Assembly: GCF_030684315.1 (NCBI RefSeq)
Contig: NC_081369.1
Span: 2,904,689 to 2,968,688, forward strand
Reading direction: 5' to 3'
DNA length: 64,000 nt
DNA from: Stegostoma tigrinum
Lineage: Eukaryota
Position numbers and translations under genes: made by a program. Below are positions 13,151 through 25,641 of the stretch, in pieces (the first letter of the stretch is position 1; each line of letters begins with the position of its first letter). The notes under the pieces are model-generated. The model had not been told where the DNA came from, ran no database searches, and was given only the letters and a program-made list of their open reading frames with translations.

Positions 13151-14083
13151 GTTGCAATTGGTTGAAAGATGCAGAATAGACATGTGCCACTATAATCACA
13201 GATGTAGGGCATTAATCACACACATAAACAAAATTTCAATGTGTTGAGTATCTATCTTTCATCACTAAATACAGGAAAACATTTTCAGAATCAAATATTT
13301 TTGCAATTCCACTGTCATCAGCTGTCTGCTTGCATATTGTGGGTCCATGTCCGTCAATTATCATGTGACATGTAGGAGCCTGTGGAATGTCAATTAGCAA
13401 GTCCACTCTGGTTTCCAATGTGATTTCTCCTTTTCTCCTCTTTATTTCATCTCTTTTATTGTCTATTGATTCTGTGTGCTCTTCACACTTCAGCTGCACT
13501 CTTGCCCTTATTTCCTTGAACAAAATTTGCATGCTATACTGATTCTATTGGTCATATATTAATGGTTGTTCCTCATCCTTTTCACAAAGAATCACAGTTG
13601 TAGGTGGTTTCCATTTTAGATTTATTAGTGTGATGTTATTTTTCTGAGTTTATTTTCTGTTGTTCTTTTTTCCAGACGACAATGCAACACTTTTATTTCT
13701 GAGTATTATTTGATCTTTGCTTCACTTGTATTCTCCAACATTAATGAGAAAAAAAGTGCTATGATCCACGTGACCTAGAAATAAACCTATGATTATCTAA
13801 GTCTATTTAAATTGTTAAATTCACCCTTTGAACTCATGGATGTTTATACACCAAGCGAAATAATAAGTCATCCAAAGTTATAAAAGTGCCATCAATTTTA
13901 TCACCGATGTTTATGCTACACGCTAGTTTCTTTTAGTTTTGTTTGTCACTTCACAGGTGAATTGTTTCCAACCTCCTTAGTTACTCCAGTACCCCTAGGC
14001 CATTTACCATTTACCGTTTGCACAGCCCACAGGTTCCTCACTGTTTTTCGGGTTGTTCTGCTGCTTGTAATATTTTGTTACCG

Positions 14084-14320
14084 ATTCATGGGATGGTGGG
14101 TGCCACTGGTGATGCCAGCACATATTGCCCATTCACTAATTACCCCAGAGGGCAGTAAAGAGTTGAACAACATTGCTGTGAGTTTGGATTCACATTTAGG
14201 TCCAGACCAGGATAAAGTCTGCAATTCCCTTCCCTAAAGGACATCAGTAAATCATTTCGGTTTTTTCAACAACCGACAATATTTCATCATCTTGGCATAC
14301 TCCTAATTCCAGATCTTTAC
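14084..14320 (-). mobile_element. Partial tRNA-derived SINE (same family as 9365-9717)
   Basis: gagggcagtaaagagttgaacaacattgctgtgagtttgga...ccttccctaaaggacatcagtaaatc matches 9440-9540. Confidence 0.7.
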
Positions 14321-14854
14321 GGCCCTTCTGTCGGGGGATATCCATGTTTCAGTAGTTCCAAATATGCTTGATTTCTCATGCAGATTATTCCTTTAGACCC
14401 TTTGATTTCCTTCAAGTATTGTGTACCTGGGTGGTAGAACGGTTTCTTATTACTTTTTCATGTAATTTTAGTTTAGCCAGCAACTAATGCTTTGTTATAT
14501 TCGTTACTTCATTAATAAACATGTTTTAGCTTTCTGGTAGTTCATGTTAATTTGAAAATCCTGATCTTTTGCATGTATATATGACATTTCTCACGAAGAC
14601 ACCCGAAGTAAGAGACTTCAAACTGCGATATGTATAAAGAGTAAATTATTTTTGTCAAGTGCCTAAAGGGCCATCACGATAATTCCGGGTGACTGGACAT
14701 AATGGAACATGACCATTTCACCTTAGCAGTAGCTAATTTATTCTCATTCATTTCAAGTCAAACTTTGGAAGTTCACATTCCTTTCTCTTCGTGATTCGTT
14801 CATTCTGCATCTATTGGTGTCAGAAATATGATCTAGCAACTTCTTCGAAAAGTC

Positions 14855-15055
14855 AGAATGAACTAGAAATGCTGGAGAAAGCCAGCAGGGTCAGCTGCTT
14901 CTGTGGAGACAGAAACAAAGTAAAAGTTTTGATTTCTGTATGAATCCCCTTCGGAACTGTTTGTCTCTGTGCAGAAACAATTGGAACTTCTACGTTTCTG
15001 CAGTATTTCCTGTTTTATCTCAATTCACCAGCATTCTGCAGTATTTTCCTTTTAT
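14855..15055. repeat. Inverted-repeat MITE-like element (family of 468-695)
   Basis: gaaatgctggagaaagccagcagg...; right arm cagcattctgcagtattttcctttt. Confidence 0.55.
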
Positions 15056-15224
15056 TTGATTATTTGCTTGGGGCAGACTTAGTCTTTTCGCATCACCGTG
15101 CAATGAACAAGTAAATGAATTCAGCTTGTGGACAGTAATTGCATAGAAATTGTATTTGGTGGAAAATTCATCACTCCTACTGTTGTGTAGTTACGTAGGT
15201 TAAGACGGAAGTGACGGATAATTG

Positions 15225-15680
15225 TGTTTGGGTTGTTGAAGGTCAGTCATTTCAGCTCCAGTTCATCTTTACAGGAGGGTAATTACCAAGGCCCAATTAT
15301 TCTCAGTTTTTTCATCAATGACCTTCCCTCCAATAGAAGGGCTGAAGTGGGGATGTTTGCTGATGATTGCATAATATTCGCCGCCAGTCCTTCACTAATG
15401 AAGGAGCCCTTATTCAAATTCAACAAGATCTTGCCAATACTCAGGTTTGGGCTGACAAGTAGCAAGTATACCATTTCAGTATCTGAGTTGTCAGCAAAGT
15501 TGCTGAACATTGGAACAGTCATCAATGAACTTTCTTACTTCTAACCCTATGATGAAGAGAAGGTCATTGATGAAGCAGCTGAAGATGGTTCGGACTGGGA
15601 CATTAACCTGAGGAACTATATGGGAGGCTATTTCATGAACATTCTGGGACCATACACTGTTTTTGTGATCATTTTGCACA
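15225..15680. mobile_element. Two convergent LINE RT fragments covering the same RT segment
   Basis: Plus: GPIILSFFINDLPSNRRAEVGMFADDC; minus: PQVNVPVRTIFSCFINDLLFIIGLEVRKFIDDC. Confidence 0.75.
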
Positions 15681-15834
15681 ATATTTCACATCATGCTGCC
15701 AGGGTCATTTCAGTTTATTTTTGATGTCTTTTCTCTTCTATGCCCTTTGTTCATGGTCTCCTAAGTGCTCCGATAGATTGCATAATAAGGCCAACTCTTC
15801 ACTTCCCAGGCACTTTTGTGCCCTTTGAAATCCC

Positions 15835-16038
15835 CTGGTGAAGGAGCAGTGCACCAAAATCTTGTGATTTTAATTAAACCTGTTGGAGTATGACCTTGTG
15901 CCATGTGACATCTGGCTTTGTCTACCCCGGTGCAACACCGGCACCTCCACAGACTTCATCTGATGAAGGATTAGTGCTCAGAAAGCTAGTGATTGCAACT
16001 AAACTGGTCGGACTGGAACCTGTTGTCATGTGACACTT
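15835..16038 (+). repeat. Tandem pair of Penelope-type ~125-bp units, each starting with a hammerhead-like CTG(A/G)TGAAGGA
   Basis: ctggtgaaggagcagtgcaccaaaatcttgtgatt...aaacctgttgga and ctgatgaaggattagtgctcagaaagctagtgatt...aaactggtcgga; same family at 33170-33360. Confidence 0.7.
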
Positions 16039-16394
16039 AAAATCCTGATTGAGTTCTGCAAAATAAATCACATTTTGTTTCCTTTTGACAGTTGCTGTTG
16101 ATTATGCAACATATAAAGCAGAACAATTCCAATCCAGCTGATTGCTAACCATCAGTCCACACTGGAGCATAAGCAAAAAAAATGGAGTAGTGGCCAACAG
16201 AAGTATCAAGCAACACTTACGTAACAACTAACTGCACACTCACGGTCAGTTTGTATTTCCAGACCATTCGGCTCCCCTGATTAAAACTTTCATCAAAGCT
16301 TCTAGAAATGAGCTAAGCACTTGATGAGGTATGATACAGCAAGCAATTTCTTAGTAGCTAAAATAGAACCGGGGTCCACTCTAAGAAGTGTAAA

Positions 16395-16570
16395 AGTCTG
16401 CATTTATGCAGCACCTCTTCTGACCTTAACATTTCCGAAAGCACTTTATAGTTAATGAAGTGCTTTTGAAGTAGTCACTGTTGTAAGCTAGGAAACACAA
16501 GTCAATTTGCATACAATAAATCCCACAAACAAAAATTCAATAATGATGGCAACTGTCTGTTTTGGTTCAA
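16395..16570 (-). mobile_element. Deu-domain SINE 3' fragment
   Basis: aaagcactttatagttaatgaagtgcttttgaagtagtcactgttgtaa...caatttgcatacaataaatcccacaaac resembles the reverse complement of the DeuSINE 3' part. Confidence 0.65.
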
Positions 16571-16624
16571 CCATAAAACAAAGAACTGTGGATGCTGAAG
16601 ATGGAATCAAAGGGGTCTTGAAAT

Positions 16625-16885
16625 TAATAGACATTTCTTCACCCAAAGAGTGGCGACCCTGTGGAATTAATTAGCACCAGTAAGTCGTGGATGCCAATAG
16701 ATTAAATGTATTCAACAGGCAGCTCGATGTAGCACTTGGAGTGAATGGGATCAAAGGATTTGGGGAGAAAGCAGTATTTGGCAATTGAGTTGGATGATCA
16801 GGCATGATGGCGACAAATGGTGAAACATGCTTGAAGGACTGAATCTCCTCCTCCTGCTCTCTCTTCAATGTTTCTGTGTTCAATG
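16625..16885 (+). mobile_element. CR1 LINE 3' fragment
   Basis: catttcttcacccaaagagtggcgaccctgtggaatt...ttgaaggactgaatctcctcctcctgctc. Confidence 0.75.
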
Positions 16886-18149
16886 TAGTACATACTTGAG
16901 CAATTGCCCATCATTTTGAAGAGTGTTGCTGTCATACAAGATCAGCTTTACTCTCTAGGCTAGACTGCATGTTGTCAACACTAAAAGTATGATGCATTCA
17001 GGACTTTCTACACCATACACAGCCATTTCATTGGTTTCCGAGTATCACTTGGAATGAAATGAATATGTCGCAAATTGGCATTTCTGATTGTGGAAACTCA
17101 ATTGAAGGACAAGATGTGTTGTCAAATTTTAATGTGGAACTGAAAATGCTTGCAAATGCTTCATCCATTGTAATTTATGGAAAAGTATTGTGCTCCCTCA
17201 CCTCTCTGCCACCAAATTCCTAAACCATGCCATTGATTCCTGATATAATCTGGAGCCTCCATCTCTGGTTAGTTGTTTAGAAGGCCACAAACATCATTAA
17301 ATACAAGTATTTAGACATGAGAGATCTAATCTGAGCTGTTAGTTGCATGATCATGTAGATCTGTCCATTGCCTGTTGATACCATTGTTTGCACACAGGCT
17401 TGTTCTGCAGTTTCATTGGAATGGGGGTTCATGTTAGTCATGGTTGGCGCTGCTTCAGACATTCACTCCTGCAATCTGCAATGACCTAGAGCTGATCGCC
17501 AAGACTGATGCTAATATTCGCATGAAAGGTATGACAAAATGTGAATTACAGATTGTGGCTGAGTATAATTCTGTTGTCGTTTAGGATTCACATCATGCCA
17601 CGGACATCAGCTCAAATTGTGTTCTGAATATTTAGTAGGTTGCATTGCTGTTTAACATACCAGTGAGAAATTCTCAGTGTGATAATTAGATATTATTTCA
17701 TAATTTTTTTAAATAATTGAATTTAAAAATATGTTTGCCATCATTAATGAATTTTGGTTTCTGAGATTTATTGTATTTATTGTGTGATGACTAATCTAAT
17801 AAATATTGACTTGGGCTGGTAGAACCGTGACACTTAAGTTGGTGTAGTGAGGTTTTTTTTTCCTGTTTGATGTTTAACTGGCACTAACCACATGCAGAGG
17901 TATCCTTTAGGGCCAGGTCTGATCGTTAACATTTCTGTGCTACCACATCACTCTGGAAGCTGTCGCGAATGATTGATGACCCAAATTGGTTTCTTTGCGA
18001 TTGATATCCCCAGTGTTACTTCCAGGTGGTGATCAAGACAGCAGAACATTGCTTCATCCATTGATGGAATGGGCTTGACGAAAATCAACAGGAAATATTC
18101 TGTTGACTGAGCACCTTTACAGCGCATGAGCCCCAGAGGCAATGTAAAA

Positions 18150-21100
18150 CATACAAACATAAACGTCGGAGAAGTAGGTGATTCACCATCGAGTCTACTC
18201 TGCCATCAATGAAATCATGTCTGACCTGATAACCCTCAGCTCCATTTCTTGCTTTTCCCCATATTCCATATTTCCTTAATGTACACAATTCTGTATGTCT
18301 CAGTCTTGAAACATTTAAGAACCTATCCTGGTCAGTTGCCTGAGCTAAAGAACCCCACAGGTTCACGACCATCCAAGACAGAAAAAAGTCCTCCACACTG
18401 CTGTTTTAAATGGGTGATTGTTTACTCAGATGTACCTGATCTTAGACTCTTCTTCAAGAACAAACAAATTCTCAGCATCCACCCCACAAAGCCCCATAAG
18501 AATCTTTCACATTTTGAAAATATAGCCTTTCATTCTTCAAAATTTCAGTGAGGAAAAGGCCAACTTGGTCAAACTCCCCTCATAACAAAATCCATCCATA
18601 CCAGGAATCAACCCTTTGAAATTTCTCAAGGCTGCTGGTATGTTTTCCTCAGATGAGGAACCAAAGCTGTCTATACTTTTCTAGGCAAGGTCTGGCTGGT
18701 GCCTTTCATATGTAGGCTGGACCTCCCTATTTATACTCCATTTCCTTTGCAGTACAATTAAAGTGGTATGACTGTTCTATTACCTACTGAAATTTGATAC
18801 CAGTATTTTATGAATCATGTACAAGAGCAACAAAATTATTCTGTGTTGCAGATTTCTGCATTATTCTCCCATTTTTATAATATTCAACTCTTCTTTACTT
18901 CCTGCCAAAGTGCGTAGCCTCACATTTTCCCATGTTATACTCACCTGGCAAGTTATTGCCCAGTCACTTAACCTGTGCTAATCCCATGTAGGCTCATTGT
19001 GTCATCCTCACTCTTTGCCTTTCCATATATTTTGGTGTCATGTACAAACTTTGTGAGAGTGCGATCACTTCCTGCAACCAAGTCATCAATATATTTGTTG
19101 TAAGTAAATGGGGGCCCATTTGACATTTTGACATTCCAATAGTTGTAGGTTGCCACTATGCAAATCCCCCATTACCCCAACTCTCTGTCTTATATTAGTT
19201 AGCCAATGCTCTACAAATGCAAGTACACTACCTTCAACACCATGGGCTCTTGCCTTATTAATAGCCTTATGTGTGATATTGCTTCATCAAAGACTTTGTG
19301 GAAATCAAATTATATTGCATCCACTATTTTCCCTTCATTTATCCTGTTGGTCACCTCCTCAAATAACGATCTAACATCTTCCCAATGACAGATTTCCAGC
19401 TAACTAGAGTTAACTTTCCGTGTATTTGTTATTTGTTTGGTGGAAACATAGAACATAGGAGCAGGAGTATGCCATTTAGCCCTTTGAGCCTGCTCCACCA
19501 TTCATTATTATCATGGATATCATCCAACTCAGTAACCTGTTCCCACTTTCTTCCCACACAATATGATCCCAACATCTAACACCTGCTTGAAAACATTAGA
19601 CATGTTTGTCTCAACCACTTGCATTGGCAGAGAATTCCAAGGATCCACGACTCTCTAATCGAGGAAATTTCTCCGCATCTCAGTCGTGCATATCTTTGAA
19701 CACTAGTTCTGGAATCCCTGGTTGTTAGGAAAATCTTTCCTGCATTTAAACTATATAGTCTTATAATTTTATAGGTCTGTATGAGTCCTGCTCATTCCTT
19801 TAAACTCCAGTGCAAACAGACCTAACCAATCCAGTCTTTCTTCATACAGAAGTCTTACAGTACCATGAATCTTTGTTGCATTCTCTCCATTGTAGACCAA
19901 AACTGCACATAATTCTCTAGGTAAGGTCTCAACAAGACCCTATACATTGCAGCAAGACATCCTTTCTCCTGTACCTGAATCCTTTCACCATGAAGCCCCA
20001 GACGACCATGTGTTGTCTTCACTGCCTACTACATCTGCTTAATTTCACTGACCGATGTATAAGGATACGCAGGTCTCATTGCACCTCCCCTTTTCAATCT
20101 GTTGCCATGCAGATAATAACCTGTCATCCTTTTCCTTTATTTTCCTACCAAAGCAGATAACATCACATGTATTCACATTGTACTGCATCTGCTATGTACT
20201 TTCTGATTCAATTAGTTGTCCAAATCACACTGAATCATCACTCTATTCTCCTCACAGTTCAGCCACCCGCTCTGCTACACAAACTTGGTGATATCACTTT
20301 TAGTTCCTTCATCGAAATCATTAATATATTTTGTAAATATCTGGAGACCAAACATTGATCCCTTTGGCACATCACTGGTCACCATCTGCTACTCAGAAAT
20401 GAACCCGTTTATTCATTTTTAAAATTTTGTTTCTTGCCTGCCTACCAAATCTGTAAATGTCAGTTCATGGCTCCCAATCCCTTGTGTTTAATTTTAGATG
20501 ATAATTATGCATGTCCCCTCTATCCTTTTTCGTTTTGAAATATTAGAATTACATGAGCTATTCCCAATCCATTGGAGCTATTCCAGAGACTATATAATTT
20601 GAAGGATGACTACCAATCCATCCACATTGTCTTCTTCAAGGTCCACTTCTTTAAATTTGACTATTCAGACCTGCGTATTAATCAGCCTTTAAATACAACA
20701 ATTTCCCTAACATTATTTATTTATTAATACTAGGTTCATTTGGTTTCTCCCTCTCACTAGACCATTTGTCCTGGAGAAACTTGGGATGCACATTTGACTT
20801 CATGAATCATTTTCTCTTTACATATGTAAGAAGCTTTTGCAGTCATCTTGTATGGTTCCCACCATGATACTCTGGCACATTCCCACCTCCCAATCAATTT
20901 CTTTGTCCTCCTTCATTGAAATCTACAGAATGATCAAGTGTTGCTGCTCATCAATGCATTTTTTATGATTGTCATTGTCAATTCATTGTCATCCCTTTGA
21001 GTAGCATTCCCTAATTATTGTCAGCTCATGCCCCAAACAATCATAGCTTCTTCCATTTAGATTCAGTACCCTCATCTCAGAATCAACTTCCTCGCTCTCC

Positions 21101-21300
21101 ATCTTATGAAAAATACTAACATATTACGATCACTCTTCCAAAAAAGCCTCGTTCAGTTGCAAAATAATTTCTCATATGCCTGCAGTTTGAATAATGTTCC
21201 TACATTGAAAGTTTTCTAATGATCTAGAATTTTTCCAGAATCTCACAAATTTTGGAAGATTACTACAGATGCTTCCATTGTCTCTGCATCTATTTGTCAA
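18150..21300 (-). mobile_element. Stacked decayed CR1 LINE fragments (3' ends near 18150 and 19445)
   Basis: Minus ORFs FFLSWMVVNLWGSL and KYIDDL...TKFVHDTKIYG; acatagaacatag tail at 19447. Confidence 0.75.
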
Positions 21301-21599
21301 TGTAATGGTAGCACCCTGTCTCCAGCAGCCATATTACTCAGTCACCAGCAATGGCAATACCCAGATGCAGTGCCCGATTCCCCACAAAGACATGTGGAAT
21401 AATACTGCCCAAGCATCACGAGTGGCATGACTGAATCATTAATCCATAATGAACCAGCCCTCATGATTACATGTTTCACTCAACCAGGTTTGGCACCAAT
21501 CAGTTACCTGCAGTGGAACATTTATGCATCAGAAAATATATCAATTACCAGAAGTACAATTATCTAACATCATCATGCAATCTCCGGAGAATTACCAAG

Positions 21600-22320
21600 T
21601 AAATGGCAGAAACAGGATTGTTGCCAAAAAAAAAGAGATCTTGGAGTGGAGGCTCATAATTCCTTGAAAGTGGAATCTGCAGGTGCATAGGGTAATGAAG
21701 AAGGCATTTAGTGTGCTTGCCTTTCTTGTTCACTTTACTGAGCATAGGAGTTGAGAAGTCATGTTGCAGCTATACAGAACATGGTTAGGCCATTTTTGGA
21801 ATACTGCATTCAATTCTGGTCTCCCTGCTATAGGAAAGATTGAAACTTGGAAGGTTTCAGAAAAGATTTACAAAGGTTGAAGGGTTTGAACCAAAGGGAG
21901 AGGTTGAATAGACTGCTGCTATTTTCACCAATATGTCAGTGGCTGAGACATAGCCTTATGGAAGTTTATAAAATCATGAGAGGCATGGATAGGGTCAAAA
22001 TACAAAGCCTGTTCCCTTGGATAGGGAAGCCCAAAACAGAAGTGTATAGTTTTAAAGTGATGTAGGACTGATTTAAAAAGGACCTAAGGGACAACGTTTA
22101 CACACAGAGAGTGATGTGTGAATAGATTGAACTGCCACAGGAAGTGGTGAAGGCTGGTATAATTAGAACATTTGAAACACATCTGGGTGGGTGTATGAAT
22201 AGGAAAAGTTTAGAGGGATATGGGTCAAATGCTGGCCAATGGGACTAGATTAATTTTGTATATGGTCATCATGGACAAGTTGTATCAAAGGGTCTGCTTC
22301 TGTACATCTCAATGACTATA
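21600..22320 (+). mobile_element. CR1 LINE 3' fragment
   Basis: ORF LMEVYKIMRGMDRVKIQSLFP; ends in CR1 3' UTR. Confidence 0.9.
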
Positions 22321-23029
22321 CCGGTCACCAGCACAATTCAGTTATCCCAAGACTTTGGCAGCAATCCATACATTCATTTGAATTAGCATCAATCAGTCAC
22401 CATAATTAACATTCTGCGATCATGAGTGAACACACCAGCATTTACGCTCATTACAGAATTCCCAGTAATTTCAGAAGATGGTCGAGGAGTATCGGCAGCA
22501 ACGCAGGGAAGTATTATTGAGTGATCACCAGCGGTATGCAGTCTCAAGAGCAAACACTCGGTCACCAACAAACTGAGCAGCCATCACGAACACCATAACC
22601 CAGATGCATATCGCCACCAAAAGTAAGCAGTCAACAGCATAACAAACACAACTGACTGTTCACCACAGCATCGTTTCATTAACGCCCAAAGCTCAATGCT
22701 CGCCAGAAAATATTGAATTAGCAGCATAACAATCCCCTAGAGATAGAAACAGAAGCATCCAGATGTCAGATATCTCCACGTAACAACATCACAGGGTCAC
22801 CAGCAGCACCATCAATCAACCCTCCGAAACACTGCCCAGCAGAATTAGGGCACCAGCTGAACCAACCTGTCATCAATAGGCATGAATGACAGATATTTCC
22901 GCGCAGGAATTAACCGTTTGAGAACCACATATTTTAATAAGTGTTGATGTTCCTATGTAGGATTTTTGCTGGCTTGAGTGATAGGTCGAAGGCCGAACAA
23001 ATTCAAAGCTCCATGTCCGGAAATTTTAT

Positions 23030-23472
23030 CATCGGTTGGTGCTTCGTGGTCTCGATGGAAAAAAAAATGTTAAGAGTTCAACGTGTTTCGTCGCGCAGCT
23101 GAGTTCACGTTGAATGGCTAGAATAGTCTCGATCAAGCAACGCGGAGACTGAAACGGCAGTGTCTTCACTGCGCCTGCACGGAAGTATCCGTGAACTGCA
23201 GGTCTAAAATACAATTTTTTAAGGGCTGCATTCATACCGAAACATTCAGCAACGATGGAGAAATGTTCTTGACCAACCCGGAACGGGTTTCATCTTCCTA
23301 TCAATATTCTCAGCTCAATGGCAACGTTGAAATCATGACCAAGTTGGCACTTCCACTGTTATGAGTGGCGTGATACTGAGCTGCACCCAATTCCTGAAGA
23401 CTTTCAAATATTTGCGTTTCCGGAAGCGTCAGTATCTTGCGGCAGCAAGTGTGACTTTGTACTTTGCGCAGA
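23030..23472 (+). promoter_or_regulatory. Putative promoter/5' region of gene copy A, homologous to 55935-56385
   Basis: Shared blocks gaatggct.gaa, ctgcacgga, ccgaaa, aacgttgaaat, cttcc (Ets-like), tgagt; relatively CpG-rich. Confidence 0.55.
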
Positions 23473-23527
23473 ATGTCTGCATTTGTTGTACTGTGGTACA
23501 TATCAGCGTCAGGCATTATTTACACAA
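23473..23527 (+). pseudogene. Leader (signal peptide) exon, VJ-C1 IgSF gene copy A
   Basis: ATG at 23473, MSAFVVLWYISASGIIYT, phase-1 donor A|gtacgt; same 55-nt length and GII.T end as copy B leader. Confidence 0.8.
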
Positions 23528-23734
23528 GTACGTATGTATTTATGTAGATACATTTATATACCTGCCTGGTAAATAGAAACAGGAACCGGAACGATGTCGA
23601 GGTAACCTCAGTTCATTGCTTATTGTCGCCTTCCATGATTTTATGTTCCGTACGTATTATTTGCTCCTTCTTTAAAAAAATCTTGCCAGTTGTTATTTCT
23701 GCCAATAATCTCCATTTCGCTTCATTTCTGACAG

Positions 23735-24055
23735 CTACTGATGTGAACGCCCTGTCAGTGCATCAGGCCCCCGACCGTATGACTGCGCTGAAAGGGGCTA
23801 ATGCATCCGTGAATTGCTCAGCGATACTTTTCCTTCCAGCGTAAAGGTAGATCTCTCTTGGTGGAGAAATGGGCCAGGGCACAGCTTTGACTCCGTCTAA
23901 AGACAAAAGGAAAGTAATAATGTGGCACAATCATGGCACTTCCGACCCCTATCACATGAATGTGACAATGCAAGATTCAGGCATCTATTACTGCAGCGTT
24001 GAGGAAAGGACAGGAAAGATTTCCAATGGCAGTGGGACTGAGCTTACTGTTCACG
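23735..24055 (+). pseudogene. Single-exon germline-joined VJ-type Ig V domain, copy A (two compensating frameshifts)
   Basis: Acceptor ttcatttctgacag|; SVHQAP...NCS; VKVDLSWWRN in a shifted frame (TAA 23842 in the main frame); QDSGIYYCSVEERTGKISNGSGTELTVH; donor G|gtgagt; 321 nt like copy B. Confidence 0.9.
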
Positions 24056-24124
24056 GTGAGTGACACTACGGAAAGAATGGGCTCACTTAAATTAGGTATG
24101 CAAATTTCAGCTACTAAAACCTTA

Positions 24125-24915
24125 GAGTCATAGACTTGCACAGCATAGAAACAGGCCCTTCGGTCCAACTTGTCTGTACCAACCAGATATCCTAAGTTAA
24201 CCTAGTCACTTTTGACAGCATTTGGTCCATATCCCTCTAAACTCTTCTTCTTCATAAACCCATCCAGATGCTTTTTAAACGTTGTGATGTACCAGCCTCC
24301 ATTTCTTCCTCTGGCAGTTCATTCCATATACGCGCCACCTTCTGTTTGAAAAAGTTGCCCCTTAGGTCTCTTTTAAATCATTCTCCTCTCACATTAAACC
24401 GACGCCCTCTAGTTTTGGACTTCCCTAGCCTGCGAAAAAAAAATGCCCTGGCTATTTACTGTATCCGTGCCCCACATGATTTTGTACAATCTCTATAATG
24501 TTGCCCCTGCGCCTCCGGCGCTCCAGGGAACATAGCCCAAGCCTATTCAGCCTCTTCCAATCGCTCAAACCCTGCAACCAGGAAACATCCTTGTGAATCT
24601 TTTCTGCACCCTTTCAAATTTCACAACATTCTTCCTATAGCAGGGAGACCAGAACTGCACGCAGTATTCCCCAAGTGCCCTAACCAGTGTCCTGTGCAGC
24701 GGCAACATGACCTCCCAACTCCTATGCCCAATGCACTCACCAATAAAGGCAAGCATACCAAATGTCTTCTTCACTGTCCTATCTACCTGGGACTCCACCT
24801 TCAAGGAGCTATGAACCTGCGCACCAAGATGTCTTTGTTCAGCAACACACCCAAGGACTTTACCATTAAGCACATAAGTCCTGCACTGATTTGCCTTTCC
24901 AACATGCAGCACCTC
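24125..24915 (-). mobile_element. CR1 LINE 3' fragment in the V-C1 intron
   Basis: Minus ORF HLGAQVHSSLKVESQVDR...EYCVQFWSPCYRK. Confidence 0.9.
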
Positions 24916-25444
24916 ATATTCGGCTGAGATTTACTGATAAAATGTTTTCTTCCGGCTCTGCTTTGTGTGCTTACTTTCACAAAACTGACAGCGTCTCTCG
25001 TCGACGCAGAGCCGATCTGTTTACCGCACCATATCCAAACGCTAGACATTAATTAAATGTTAACAGCGAAAATAGACGTTTCTGGCAAAGCTCAGACCTG
25101 CTGAGCTTTTCTAGCAACTTCGGTTTTTGTTCCTGATTTAAAGCATCTGCAGTTCTTTCGGTTTTAATTAATTCATCTTTATTTTTCTCTATGAGCTATC
25201 GCAATGTTATATATGCCTACTTTTTATCATGAATTATCTGTCATCCGCGTCATTGACGCTGTCGGCATTATGTGCTTATCCCTTTTTTTGCTGAAGAAGA
25301 CATTTGCTCCGTCTCCCGCGCCCCCTCCCCATCCCATCCGCCTTTCCTTGGATTGAGGGTATAGAACGTGCGAACACCAAGCGTTCACGTTTGAATTTCT
25401 AGAGTTCTGATCTTGTGGGAATGACTGGGCGCTGGGACATATCC

Positions 25445-25641
25445 GAGATAGTAGTAGAAACTGGCAATGCTGGAGATTCTAAGAAAACAAGGTGTAGAGC
25501 TGGACGAACACAGCAGACCAGGTAGCATCAGCGGAGCAGGAAAGCTGACGTTTCGGGTCTGGACCCTTCTTCAGAAACAAAAAGCTTTCCTGCTTCTCTG
25601 ATGCTGCCTGTTCTGCTGCGTTCATCCAGCTCTACACCTTT
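25445..25641. repeat. Inverted pair of Penelope-derived short repeats
   Basis: aaggtgtagagctggacgaacacagcag...gcaggaaagct mirrors agctttcctgc...ctgctgcgttcatccagctctacacctt. Confidence 0.8.

Noticed and set aside
23361-23576. 71-aa ORF over the copy A 5' region
   Set aside because: It overlaps the true leader in a different frame and runs into the intron; not conserved in copy B.
23735-24055. V exons as rearranging Ig/TCR V segments
   Set aside because: No RSS after YYC, the J-like strand is already in the exon, both paralogs have identical loop length, and there is no WYxQ or FGxG.
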